Below, one piece after another: positions 11,052 to 19,634 of a DNA stretch of 64,000 nucleotides; the stretch's first letter is position 1; the number at the start of each line of letters is the position of its first letter. The stretch spans positions 17,833 to 81,832 of the forward strand of contig CAVZVL010000013.1 in NCBI GenBank assembly GCA_963778725.1. Direction: 5' to 3'. The notes under the pieces are model-generated. The model did no database searches. It was given only the letters and a program-made list of their open reading frames with translations, and was not told the DNA's origin. The translations under genes and the position numbers were made by a program. Source of the stretch: an uncultured Gaiellaceae bacterium. GTDB lineage: Bacteria > Actinomycetota > Thermoleophilia > Gaiellales > Gaiellaceae.

Positions 11052-11525
11052 TCAGTCCGTCTCGGCCGAGCCGCTGGCAAGACGTGACAGCAGCTCCATG
11101 CTGATCGGATGCAGCAGTGCGTCCGCGTGGCGGTGCACCAGTCGCCAGCTGGAGTCCTCGCGCCGGAAGACCAGGGTCACACGCAGGGGCCAGTCCTGAG
11201 CGGGCAGGCCGCCGATCGGGCCCTGCTGCCGCTCGATGCCGACCAGAACTGCGAAGTCGGAGGACGCGTACACCTGCTCGAGGTCGAGATCGCCCTCTCC
11301 ACCGCCGGGGAAGAAGCCCTCCAGGGCTTCGATGCTCGCCCTGGAGGTGTCTGGTCCGTGCCTGGTGGGACCCCCAGTCGGCGGCATCAGCGTGAAGTCC
11401 GCCGTCTCGTCCACGAGCTCGAAGTAGCGGCGGACGTCTCCCTGCATCAGTGCCCGCGTCGCTGCCCGAACGCGCTCGACGAGCTCCTGCACGTCCCCGC
11501 TGTTCCCCGGCTCTGTCACGGCCAC
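11052..11525 (-). CDS. SnoaL-like/NTF2-fold (DUF4440-like) small protein
   Basis: Intact 157-aa ORF. The size and pattern (ELVERVRAATRALMQGDVRRYFELV ... WRLVHRHAD) are typical of NTF2-like/ketosteroid-isomerase-like proteins. The call is by resemblance only. Confidence 0.5.
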   Translation of the reverse strand: MAVTEPGNSGDVQELVERVRAATRALMQGDVRRYFELVDETADFTLMPPTGGPTRHGPDTSRASIEALEGFFPGGGEGDLDLEQVYASSDFAVLVGIERQQGPIGGLPAQDWPLRVTLVFRREDSSWRLVHRHADALLHPISMELLSRLASGSAETD

Positions 11526-11595
11526 TCCTCTCGACTAGCGGACGCTGTGGCGCACCACAGCTGACGTCGATACCCGTATGTAGCCTACGGCCCGC

Positions 11596-13077
11596 ATGGC
11601 GACGACGGCCCTCGACGCAACCGCATACCAGCAGCTCGCCAAGGAGCATCTCTGGATGCACTTCACCCGCATGGGCGGGTTCGAGGTCGCGGACGTCCCG
11701 ATCATCGTGCGGGGGGACGGGTGCCACCTCGAGGACTCGAACGGCCGCCGCTACATCGACGCGCTGGCGGGTCTCTTCTCCGTCAACATCGGCTACTCGT
11801 TCGGCGATGAGGTCGGGCAGGCGGCGCACGAGCAGATGCGCGAGCTGCCCTTCTACACGAACTGGTCGTACGCCCACCCGCGCGCGATCGAGCTCGCGGC
11901 CGAGGTGGCCTCCCTCGCGCCGGGTGACCTGAACCGCGTCTTCTTCTGCTCAGGCGGCTCGGAGGCGGTCGAGTCGGCCTGGAAGCTGGCTCGACAGTTC
12001 TACGCGGCTCGGGGCGAGAAGCAGCCGCAGCACGGGCTCGTTACACCGGGCGCTCGTGCCGGCGCGCAGGAACCCGAGGTCGACCACGACGCCATCGTCG
12101 CGTCGGCCGGGTCACCACCGCGCCGCTACAAGGCGATTGCCCGCAACATCGCCTACCACGGAACGACGATGGGGGCGCTCTCGATCAACGGCATCCCGGC
12201 GATCCGCACACCGTTCGAGCCGCTCGTCTCCGAGGTGCGGCACGTCTCGAACACGAACCGCTACCACCGCCCGCCCGACGAGACCGAGGCCGAGTTCACG
12301 CGCTTCCTGCTCGACGAGCTCGAGCAGGCAATCCTCTCGATGGGGCCTGACACCGTGTGCCTCGTGCACATGGAGCCGGTCCAGAACGCCGGCGGCTGCT
12401 TCACGCCGCCAGAGGGCTACTGGGCCGGCGTGCGCGAGATCTGCGACCGCTACGACATCCTGCTTTCGGCGGACGAGGTGATCACCGCTTTCGGGCGAGT
12501 CGGCCACTGGTTCGGCTCGGAGCGTTACGACATACGCCCGGATCTCGTCACGATCGCCAAGGGCCTGTCGTCGTCCTATGCCGCGATCGGCGGCGTCGTC
12601 GCGACGGACCGCGTGATGGAGGCGTTCATGGGGGAGACCTCGATGTTCTCGCACGGCATCACGTTCGGCGGGCACCCGGTCATGTGTGCGATCGCCCTGA
12701 AGAACATCGAGATCATGAAGCGGGAGCGGATCGTCGAGAACGTGCGCGAGAACGAGGGCGCGTTCCGGTCGACGCTCGCTCAGCTCCTCGACATCCCGAT
12801 CGTCGGCGACCTTCGCGGGACGGGCTACTTCTGGGCGATCGAGCTCGTGAAGGACAAGGACACGCGCGAGACGTTCTCGGACGAGGAGGGCGAGCGGCTG
12901 CTCCGCGGCTACCTCTCGACCGCGCTCTGGGACGCGGGGATGATCTGCCGCGCGGACGACCGCGGCGACCCGGTCATCCAGATCTCGCCGCCGCTCGTGG
13001 CAGGGCAGGCCGAGTTCGACGAGATCACGTCGATCCTCGGCGACGTCCTCACCGAGGGCGCCAAGCTCATGCGCTGA
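11596..13077 (+). CDS. Class-III PLP-dependent aminotransferase (putrescine/omega-amino acid:pyruvate type)
   Basis: Intact 493-aa ORF. Motifs are DALAGLFSVNIGY, FFCSGGSEAVESAWKLAR, ILLSADEVITAFGRVGHWFGS, PDLVTIAKGLSSSY (PLP lysine context) and ITFGGHP. Confidence 0.9.
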   Translation: MATTALDATAYQQLAKEHLWMHFTRMGGFEVADVPIIVRGDGCHLEDSNGRRYIDALAGLFSVNIGYSFGDEVGQAAHEQMRELPFYTNWSYAHPRAIELAAEVASLAPGDLNRVFFCSGGSEAVESAWKLARQFYAARGEKQPQHGLVTPGARAGAQEPEVDHDAIVASAGSPPRRYKAIARNIAYHGTTMGALSINGIPAIRTPFEPLVSEVRHVSNTNRYHRPPDETEAEFTRFLLDELEQAILSMGPDTVCLVHMEPVQNAGGCFTPPEGYWAGVREICDRYDILLSADEVITAFGRVGHWFGSERYDIRPDLVTIAKGLSSSYAAIGGVVATDRVMEAFMGETSMFSHGITFGGHPVMCAIALKNIEIMKRERIVENVRENEGAFRSTLAQLLDIPIVGDLRGTGYFWAIELVKDKDTRETFSDEEGERLLRGYLSTALWDAGMICRADDRGDPVIQISPPLVAGQAEFDEITSILGDVLTEGAKLMR

Positions 13078-14362
13078 TCAGGCGTCGCGGGCGCAGCGGA
13101 AGCCCACGAAGGCGTCGCGGCGCTCGGGGCTCTCCCAGCGGCGGAAGGACGTGCGCGCGACGAGCGCGTCCGTCGCCCACGAGCCGCCGCGGAGCACGCG
13201 CACGTCGTCCCCGAAGTTCACTTCTGAGCACTCCGGATACGGGAACGCCTCGAACCCGGGATATGGCCGGAACGCAGACGACGTCCACTCCCACACGTCT
13301 CCCGCCATCTGCACGCACCCGACCGGACTGACACCACCTGCATAGGAGCCGGACGGCGCGGGCGACCAGCGGCGGCGGTCGAGGCTCGCCTCGAAGCCCA
13401 TCCAGGTCTGGCCCCATGGGTAGCGGAACTTGCCTTCATGGTCGTGCCAGGCGGCGGCCCGCTCCCACTCGATCTCGGTGGGCAGCCGCTTGCCGGCCCA
13501 GCGCGCGAACGCCTTCGCCTCGTGGAAGGAGACGTGCTGGACGGGCTCCCACGGCGTGATCGGCTCGCGCTTGCCGAGGCGCACGCGCTCCCACCCGTAG
13601 CCCGACCGCTCCCAGTAGAGCGGCGCCGACGCGTCCTCACGCTCGCGCCACTCCCAGCCCGCTTCGCTCCAGAGCTTGTGCGAGCGGTAGCCGCGGTCGT
13701 CGACGAACGCGGCGAACTCGCCGTTCGTCACGAGGGCTCGGTCGATCCGGAACGCAGGGAGCTCCGTCTCGTGCGCCTCGAGCTCGTTGTCGTACGCCCA
13801 CGGCTCGTACTCGGCGCCGAGCGTGAAGGTTCCGCCCTGGACGAGGATCTCGTCCGGGCCGGAGGGAGCGCGATCGGGCGCCGTCGAATCCACGACCGGG
13901 TACTCGTGGTCGGTGCGGCATTGCAGTCCCTCGAGCATCGACTCCTGCGACTGGAGCTCGTTCTGGAGCACGAGCCCGAAGACGAAGCCTCGGCGGACGA
14001 GGACGTCGGGGGCGTCGAGGTCGATGCGCTCGAGCATTTCGAGCGAGCGCTCGCGCACGTCCGCCGGCATACGCGCGGACGGCGCTCGGCTTCAGGTTCG
14101 GCAGCTTGGCGCCGTTCTGGCGCTCGCGCCGGAACGCGCCGTACACATGGTCATGCACGTCCGGGATGGGCGGCTCGCCCCCGATCGTGCGCAGGATCCA
14201 GAGCTCCTCGAAGCGGGCGACGTGCGCGAGCATCCAGACGAGCGGCGGCGTCTGCGGCGAGAGCTGTGCGACCAGCTCGTCGTCCGAGACGGGCCGGAGC
14301 AGCTCCTCGGTCGAGGTGCGTCCGCGCTCGAGCTCGCGCCTGATCTCGTTGACCTTCTCCAT
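13078..14362 (-). pseudogene. egtB: EgtB-like sulfoxide synthase (DinB-like N-domain plus FGE-sulfatase/SUMF1 domain); one frame shift near 14075-14090
   Basis: The N-terminal MEKVNEIRRELERGRTSTEELLRPVSDDELVAQLSPQTPPLVWMLAHVARFEELW is in ORF 13637..14362. The C-terminal 330 aa are in ORF 13078..14070, with TNGEFAAFVDDRGY, WAGKRLPTEIEWERAA, GDVWEWTSS, RVLRGGSWAT and GFRCARD. Confidence 0.7.
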
Positions 14363-14506
14363 CGTCCCACTGTGTCGGACGGATCGGAGGTCGGCCTAGA
14401 GCCCGGAAGGGGGATACCGACGTTGTGCGGTTAGCCGCACGTCGGCACCGATCGGATCGTCTAGCCTTGGCACCTCGCCGTCGTGAGAGAGAGGAGCTGG
14501 GGAGGA

Positions 14507-15250
14507 ATGAGCGAGAGCCAGAACGGGGCGGCCGTGGTCGCCCGCGACGTGACCCGCCGGTACGGAGCGGGGGACACGGCGGTCGACGCGCTGCGCGGGA
14601 TCACTGTCGACATCGCCCCGGGGAAGGCGACGGCAGTGATGGGGCCGTCGGGATCCGGCAAGTCGACGCTGATGCACATCCTCGCCGGGCTCGACAAGCC
14701 GACGTCCGGCTCGGTCGGCATCGCCGGCACGGAGATCACGACGCTCGGCGACAACGATCTCACGAGGCTGCGCCGCGAGCACATCGGCTTCGTCTTCCAG
14801 TTCTTCAACCTGCTGCCGATGCTGGACGCGCGGGAGAACATCCTGCTGCCGCTCACGATCGCCGGTGAGAAGCCGGAGGACGGGTGGCTCGACCAGCTCG
14901 TGCGGGACGTCGGCCTGCAGGATCGCCTCTCGCACCGCCCCTCAGAGCTCTCCGGCGGGCAGCAGCAGCGCGTCGCGATCGCGAGGGCGCTGATCTCCCG
15001 GCCAACCGTCCTCTTCGCCGACGAGCCGACCGGCAACCTGGACTCGACCACGAGCGGCGAGATCCTGGAGCTGCTACGTCGTTCGGTGGAGGAGTACGGC
15101 CAGACGATCGTGATGGTCACGCACGAGGCGCGCGCCGCGGCTGTCGCCCATCGCGTGCTGTTCCTCGACGACGGTCGGATCGTCCGTGAGCTCGGCGAGT
15201 GTGACCCGCACACGATCAACTCCGTGATGGAAGAGCTCGCCGCCGCGTGA
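14507..15250 (+). CDS. ABC transporter ATP-binding protein (MacB/LolD/FtsE-like)
   Basis: ATG at 14507 follows GGGGAGGA. Motifs are [24 protein letters not shown] and [11 protein letters not shown]. It lies immediately upstream of an FtsX-type permease. Confidence 0.9.
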   Translation: MSESQNGAAVVARDVTRRYGAGDTAVDALRGITVDIAPGKATAVMGPSGSGKSTLMHILAGLDKPTSGSVGIAGTEITTLGDNDLTRLRREHIGFVFQFFNLLPMLDARENILLPLTIAGEKPEDGWLDQLVRDVGLQDRLSHRPSELSGGQQQRVAIARALISRPTVLFADEPTGNLDSTTSGEILELLRRSVEEYGQTIVMVTHEARAAAVAHRVLFLDDGRIVRELGECDPHTINSVMEELAAA

Positions 15251-15266
15251 GCGAGGTCTTGGCGCG

Positions 15267-18209
15267 ATGACGAAGTTCGCCATCCGCGGCCTCATGGGCC
15301 GCAAGCTGCGCACGGCCCTGACCGCGATCGCGATCGTCCTCGGCGTCGCGATGATCAGCGGCACGTACGTCCTCACGGACTCGATCGACCAGGCGTTCGA
15401 CACGATCTTCACGGACATCCGCAAGGGCTCGAACGCGGTCATCAGCGGCAAGTCGGCATTCGACATCGGGGGCGATTCGGGGGTCAGCGCCCCGACCCTC
15501 GACGAGTCACTGCTGCCGCAGGTCCGCGAGCTGTCCGACGTCGCACAGGCGGAGGGGAGCGTGGACTCCGACGCGACCCAGCTCATCGGCGACGACGGCA
15601 AGGTGGTCGTCTATGGCGGAGCGCCGAACCTCGGCTTCTCGATCGCGAACGGCAACTCCCCGTTCAACCCGCTGACCCTCATCGAAGGAAAGTGGCCCGG
15701 CTCCGACGAGGTCGTGGTGGACAAGGAAACCGCCGCGAAGGAGGACTTCGCCGTCGGCGAGACGATCGGTGTCCAGGCCGAGGGCCCCGTCGAGCATCTC
15801 CGCGTGTCGGGAATCGTGCAGTTCAGTTCCGGGCTCACGATCGGCGGAGCCACGCTCGCCGGGTTCGACCTCCTGACGGCGCAGCGGCTGTTCAAGAAGG
15901 TCGGCCGGCTCGACGAGATCGCCGTCTCCGCGAAGGCAGGGGTCAGCGACCAGGATCTGGTGGCGCAGATCCAGGAGGTCCTGCCCGGAGACGCGATCGT
16001 CAGGACGGGGCAGCAGCAGGCCGCCTCGGACGCCGCGGACACCAATGACTTCGTCTCCTTCCTTCAGAAGTTCCTGCTCGCGTTCGGGGGCATCGCGCTC
16101 TTCGTCGGCTCGTTCGTCATCGCAAACTCGCTTTCGATCACGATCGCGCAGCGCACGCGCGAGTTCGCGACCCTGCGGACGATCGGCGCCACGAATCGGC
16201 AGATACTCGGATCCGTGATCGTCGAGGCGCTCGTCATCGGGGCACTCGCTTCGGTCGTCGGCCTCTTCCTCGGCCTCCTGCTCGCGAAAGGCCTGTTCGG
16301 GCTCTTCGACGTCGTCGGTTTCACGCTGCCGAACACGGGGCTCGTCTTCGAGTCGCGGACAATCATCGTCGCGCTCGCTGCCGGAATCCTCGTCACGCTT
16401 CTCGCGAGCGTCTACCCGGGCTTCCGTGCGACCATGGTCCCGCCGATTGCCGCCGTCCGCGAGGGCGCGATGCTCCCCGGGGAGCCCCTCGATCGCATCC
16501 GTGGGTCACTGCGCGCCCTCGTTGGCACCGCCATCGGCGTCGTCATCGGCGTCTTCGCGATCCTCGCGACGCCCGGGAACACCTTCGTCACGATCCTTCT
16601 GGCGGTGCTCGGCCTGCTCCTCGTGCTCTTCGGCTGCGCGCTGTTCCCGTCACGGGCGTTCGGCGCCGTCGTGTCGTGCGCGCTCGGCTTCGGCGCGCTC
16701 GTCTACGGGCTCTTCGTGCCGGGTCTCGGGACGACGAGCGTCCTGCTGTGGATGGGGCTCGGCGTGCTCCTCGTCTTCTTCGGCGTTGCACGCGTCGCGA
16801 CGCGGCTCATTCCGAGCCTGTCGGTCTTCATGTCGCCGATCGCACGCTGGTCGGTGTTCGTGCTCGCAGTCGTCGTCTGGCCCTTCTTCACGCTCCCGTA
16901 CTGGCTGCTCCGGTACGGCGTCTGGGGGCCCGGAGCGGCGTGGAAGCGCGTGCTCGCCTTCCTCGGAGGCGCACTGAATGTCTTCGTCCTCGCGATCGTG
17001 CTGATCATGGTGATCCGGAAGGCGGTTACCCGCTGGGAGCCGGAGTGGCCCGCCGAGTTCCCCGGCGTCATCCCGGATCGCTCGACCTCGCAGGTCGGCA
17101 AGGAAAACGCGCGACGGAACCCCCAGCGCACGGCCTCGACCGCGGCGGCGCTCATGATCGGGCTCGCACTCATGACGCTCGTCGCGACGCTCGTCGCAGG
17201 GATCATCGCGTCGTTCGAGGGCGCCGTGAACGACCTCTGGAAGGGCTCCGACTCCGACTACGCGATCACCGCGGAGAACAACTTCTCGCCCATTCCCGTC
17301 GATGCGGCGAACGCGGCGGCAAAGGCGCCCGGGGTGATCGCCGTGATGAACGTCCGGACCGGCGAGGTGAGAGCGTTCGACGAGACCATCTTCGCTACCG
17401 GCGTCGATCCGACCGCCCGCGAGCTGATCGCACTCAAGTGGAAGGACGGCTCGCAGGACGTGCTCGCGAATCTCGGTGACGACGGAGCTTTCGTCGACGA
17501 CGGCTACGCGGACGACCACCATCTCAGGGTGGGCTCGCCGATCGAGTTGACCTTCCCGAGTGGCGAGACCCAGACCTACGTCGTCCGAGGAATCTTCGAC
17601 CCGCCGACGGGCGGCTCTCCGTTCGGCAACGTGACGATTTCCACGAAGGCCTGGGACGCGAGGGTCGTCAACCCGCGCAATCTCTACAGCTTCCTCTCGA
17701 TGAAGGGCGACGTGAGCGATGCCAACACCGCGACGCTCGACAAGGCGCTTGCTTCCTTCCCGAACGCGAAGGCGCAGACCCGCCAGCAGTTCATCGACAA
17801 CCAGATCTCGGGGCTCCGCTCGGTGACGAACATCCTCAACGTGCTCCTCGCGCTGATCGTGATCGTCAGCTTCTTCGGGATCGTCAACACCCTCATCCTG
17901 ACCGTGTTCGAGAGGACCCGAGAGATCGGGATGCTGCGTGCGATCGGAATGACGCGCCGGCAGGTGCGCCGCATGATTCGCCATGAGGCCGTGATCACGG
18001 CTCTCATCGGAGCGGCGCTCGGCGTCGCGCTCGGGGTCGTGCTGGGCGCGCTGCTCATCGCACGGGTCGACTTCCTGGTCTTCTCGTTCCCGACGCTGCA
18101 GGTCATCGAGTTCGTGATCGCCGCGATCGTCGTCGGGATCGTCGCGGCGATCTTCCCCGCGCGGCGGGCAGCGAAGCTCAACCCGCTCGAGGCAATCGCG
18201 TACGAGTAG
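15267..18209 (+). CDS. Double FtsX/MacB-type ABC transporter permease (980 aa)
   Basis: Intact ORF with two modules. Each module has a TM helix, an extracytoplasmic domain and three TM helices (LRTIGATNRQILGS and LRAIGMTRRQVRRM loops). A long extra hydrophobic block lies between the modules. Confidence 0.9.
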   Translation: MTKFAIRGLMGRKLRTALTAIAIVLGVAMISGTYVLTDSIDQAFDTIFTDIRKGSNAVISGKSAFDIGGDSGVSAPTLDESLLPQVRELSDVAQAEGSVDSDATQLIGDDGKVVVYGGAPNLGFSIANGNSPFNPLTLIEGKWPGSDEVVVDKETAAKEDFAVGETIGVQAEGPVEHLRVSGIVQFSSGLTIGGATLAGFDLLTAQRLFKKVGRLDEIAVSAKAGVSDQDLVAQIQEVLPGDAIVRTGQQQAASDAADTNDFVSFLQKFLLAFGGIALFVGSFVIANSLSITIAQRTREFATLRTIGATNRQILGSVIVEALVIGALASVVGLFLGLLLAKGLFGLFDVVGFTLPNTGLVFESRTIIVALAAGILVTLLASVYPGFRATMVPPIAAVREGAMLPGEPLDRIRGSLRALVGTAIGVVIGVFAILATPGNTFVTILLAVLGLLLVLFGCALFPSRAFGAVVSCALGFGALVYGLFVPGLGTTSVLLWMGLGVLLVFFGVARVATRLIPSLSVFMSPIARWSVFVLAVVVWPFFTLPYWLLRYGVWGPGAAWKRVLAFLGGALNVFVLAIVLIMVIRKAVTRWEPEWPAEFPGVIPDRSTSQVGKENARRNPQRTASTAAALMIGLALMTLVATLVAGIIASFEGAVNDLWKGSDSDYAITAENNFSPIPVDAANAAAKAPGVIAVMNVRTGEVRAFDETIFATGVDPTARELIALKWKDGSQDVLANLGDDGAFVDDGYADDHHLRVGSPIELTFPSGETQTYVVRGIFDPPTGGSPFGNVTISTKAWDARVVNPRNLYSFLSMKGDVSDANTATLDKALASFPNAKAQTRQQFIDNQISGLRSVTNILNVLLALIVIVSFFGIVNTLILTVFERTREIGMLRAIGMTRRQVRRMIRHEAVITALIGAALGVALGVVLGALLIARVDFLVFSFPTLQVIEFVIAAIVVGIVAAIFPARRAAKLNPLEAIAYE

Positions 18210-19622
18210 TCAGGAGGCCCTGGGGCGACGGGCGACGCCTGCTGCTTCCGCTGCCTCGGCTACCGCTGCGGCCACGCGCGGGGCGACGTCCCGGTTGAAC
18301 ACGCTCGGCACGATGTACTCGGGGCCGAGTTCGTCTTCGCCGATCGTCTCGGCGATCGCCTGGGCCGCCGCGACCTCCATCTCGCGTGTGATCGCCGATG
18401 CGCGGACGTCGAGCGCGCCGCGGAAGACGCCCGGGAACGCGAGCACGTTGTTGATCTGGTTGGGGTAGTCCGACCGCCCCGTCGCGACGACCGCCACGTC
18501 GTCCGCGATGTCCTCGGGAACAACCTCGGGAGTGGGGTTCGCCATCGCAAACACGATCGCGTCGGGGGCCATCGTGCGGACGGCGTCGGCGCTCACCGCG
18601 CCCGGCACCGAGAGCCCGATGAAGACATCGGCGCCGGCAAGCGAATCGTCGGCGCTCCCGCAGTCGCCGTCCGGGTTCGTGCGCTCGGCGAACGCCGCCT
18701 TGTGGGGAGGTAAGCCGGGCCGGCCGCGATGGACCGCACCCTCACGGTCGCAGCCGACGACGTTCCGCGCTCCTGCGGCGAGGAGCACGTCCAGCGTGGC
18801 GATCCCTGCGGCGCCGACGCCGGTGCTCACGATCTTGACGTCCTCGATCCGCTTGCCGACGACACGCAGCGCGTTCAGGAGCGCGGCGAGGACGACGATC
18901 GCGGTGCCGTGCTGGTCGTCGTGGAAGACGGGGATGTCGAGCTCCTCGCGAAGCCGCGCCTCGATCTCGAAGCACCGCGGCGCCGAGATGTCCTCGAGGT
19001 TGATCCCGCCGAACCCCGGCGCGATCGCCTTGCAGATCGCCACGATCTCGTCGGGATCCTTCGTCGCGAGGCAGATCGGCCACGCATCGACGCCGCCGAA
19101 CTCCTTGAACAGGAGCGCCTTGCCCTCCATCACCGGCATCGCAGCCTCGGGGCCGATGTCGCCGAGGCCGAGTACGGCTGTGCCGTCGGAGACGACCGCG
19201 ACCGTGTTCTGCTTGATCGTGAGGTTCCATGCGGCCGACGGGTCGTCGGCGATCGCCCGAGACACCCGGGCAACACCGGGCGTGTACGCCATGGAGAGGT
19301 CGTCGCGGGTCTTCAACGGAATCTTCGAGGCGATCTCGATCTTCCCACCGAGGTGCATGAGGAACGTGCGGTCGGAGATGCGTTGCACCTCCACTCCATC
19401 CACCGCGCGGACGGCCTCGGCGATGCGTTGGAGGTGTGCGTCGTCGGAAGCAGAGACGGTGACGTCCCGGATCTTGTGGTGGTGCTCCACGCGGACGATG
19501 TCGATCGCTCCGAGTGAGCCACCGGCGGCACCGATCGCCTCGGCGACCCGCGCGAACGTCCCTGGCGCGTCCTGGAGCTGCAGTCGGATCGTGGCGCTGA
19601 AGGACGGCGAGACGTGCGACAT
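18210..19622 (-). CDS. NAD(P)-dependent malic enzyme with N-terminal ACT-like domain
   Basis: Intact 470-aa ORF. The first ~70 aa (TIRLQLQDAPGTFARVAEAIGAAGGSLGAIDIVRV...) look ACT-like. The malic enzyme core follows, with SMAYTPGVARV, VVSDGTAVLGLGDIG, VFHDDQHGTAIV and GVGAAG. Confidence 0.85.
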   Translation of the reverse strand: MSHVSPSFSATIRLQLQDAPGTFARVAEAIGAAGGSLGAIDIVRVEHHHKIRDVTVSASDDAHLQRIAEAVRAVDGVEVQRISDRTFLMHLGGKIEIASKIPLKTRDDLSMAYTPGVARVSRAIADDPSAAWNLTIKQNTVAVVSDGTAVLGLGDIGPEAAMPVMEGKALLFKEFGGVDAWPICLATKDPDEIVAICKAIAPGFGGINLEDISAPRCFEIEARLREELDIPVFHDDQHGTAIVVLAALLNALRVVGKRIEDVKIVSTGVGAAGIATLDVLLAAGARNVVGCDREGAVHRGRPGLPPHKAAFAERTNPDGDCGSADDSLAGADVFIGLSVPGAVSADAVRTMAPDAIVFAMANPTPEVVPEDIADDVAVVATGRSDYPNQINNVLAFPGVFRGALDVRASAITREMEVAAAQAIAETIGEDELGPEYIVPSVFNRDVAPRVAAAVAEAAEAAGVARRPRAS

Positions 19623-19634
19623 GCCAGATGCAGG

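Noticed and set aside
12024-12116. The aminotransferase insertion read as an intein or miniature mobile insertion.
   Set aside because: About 30 residues is far too short for an intein. No splicing motifs, terminal inverted repeats or target-site duplication are visible.
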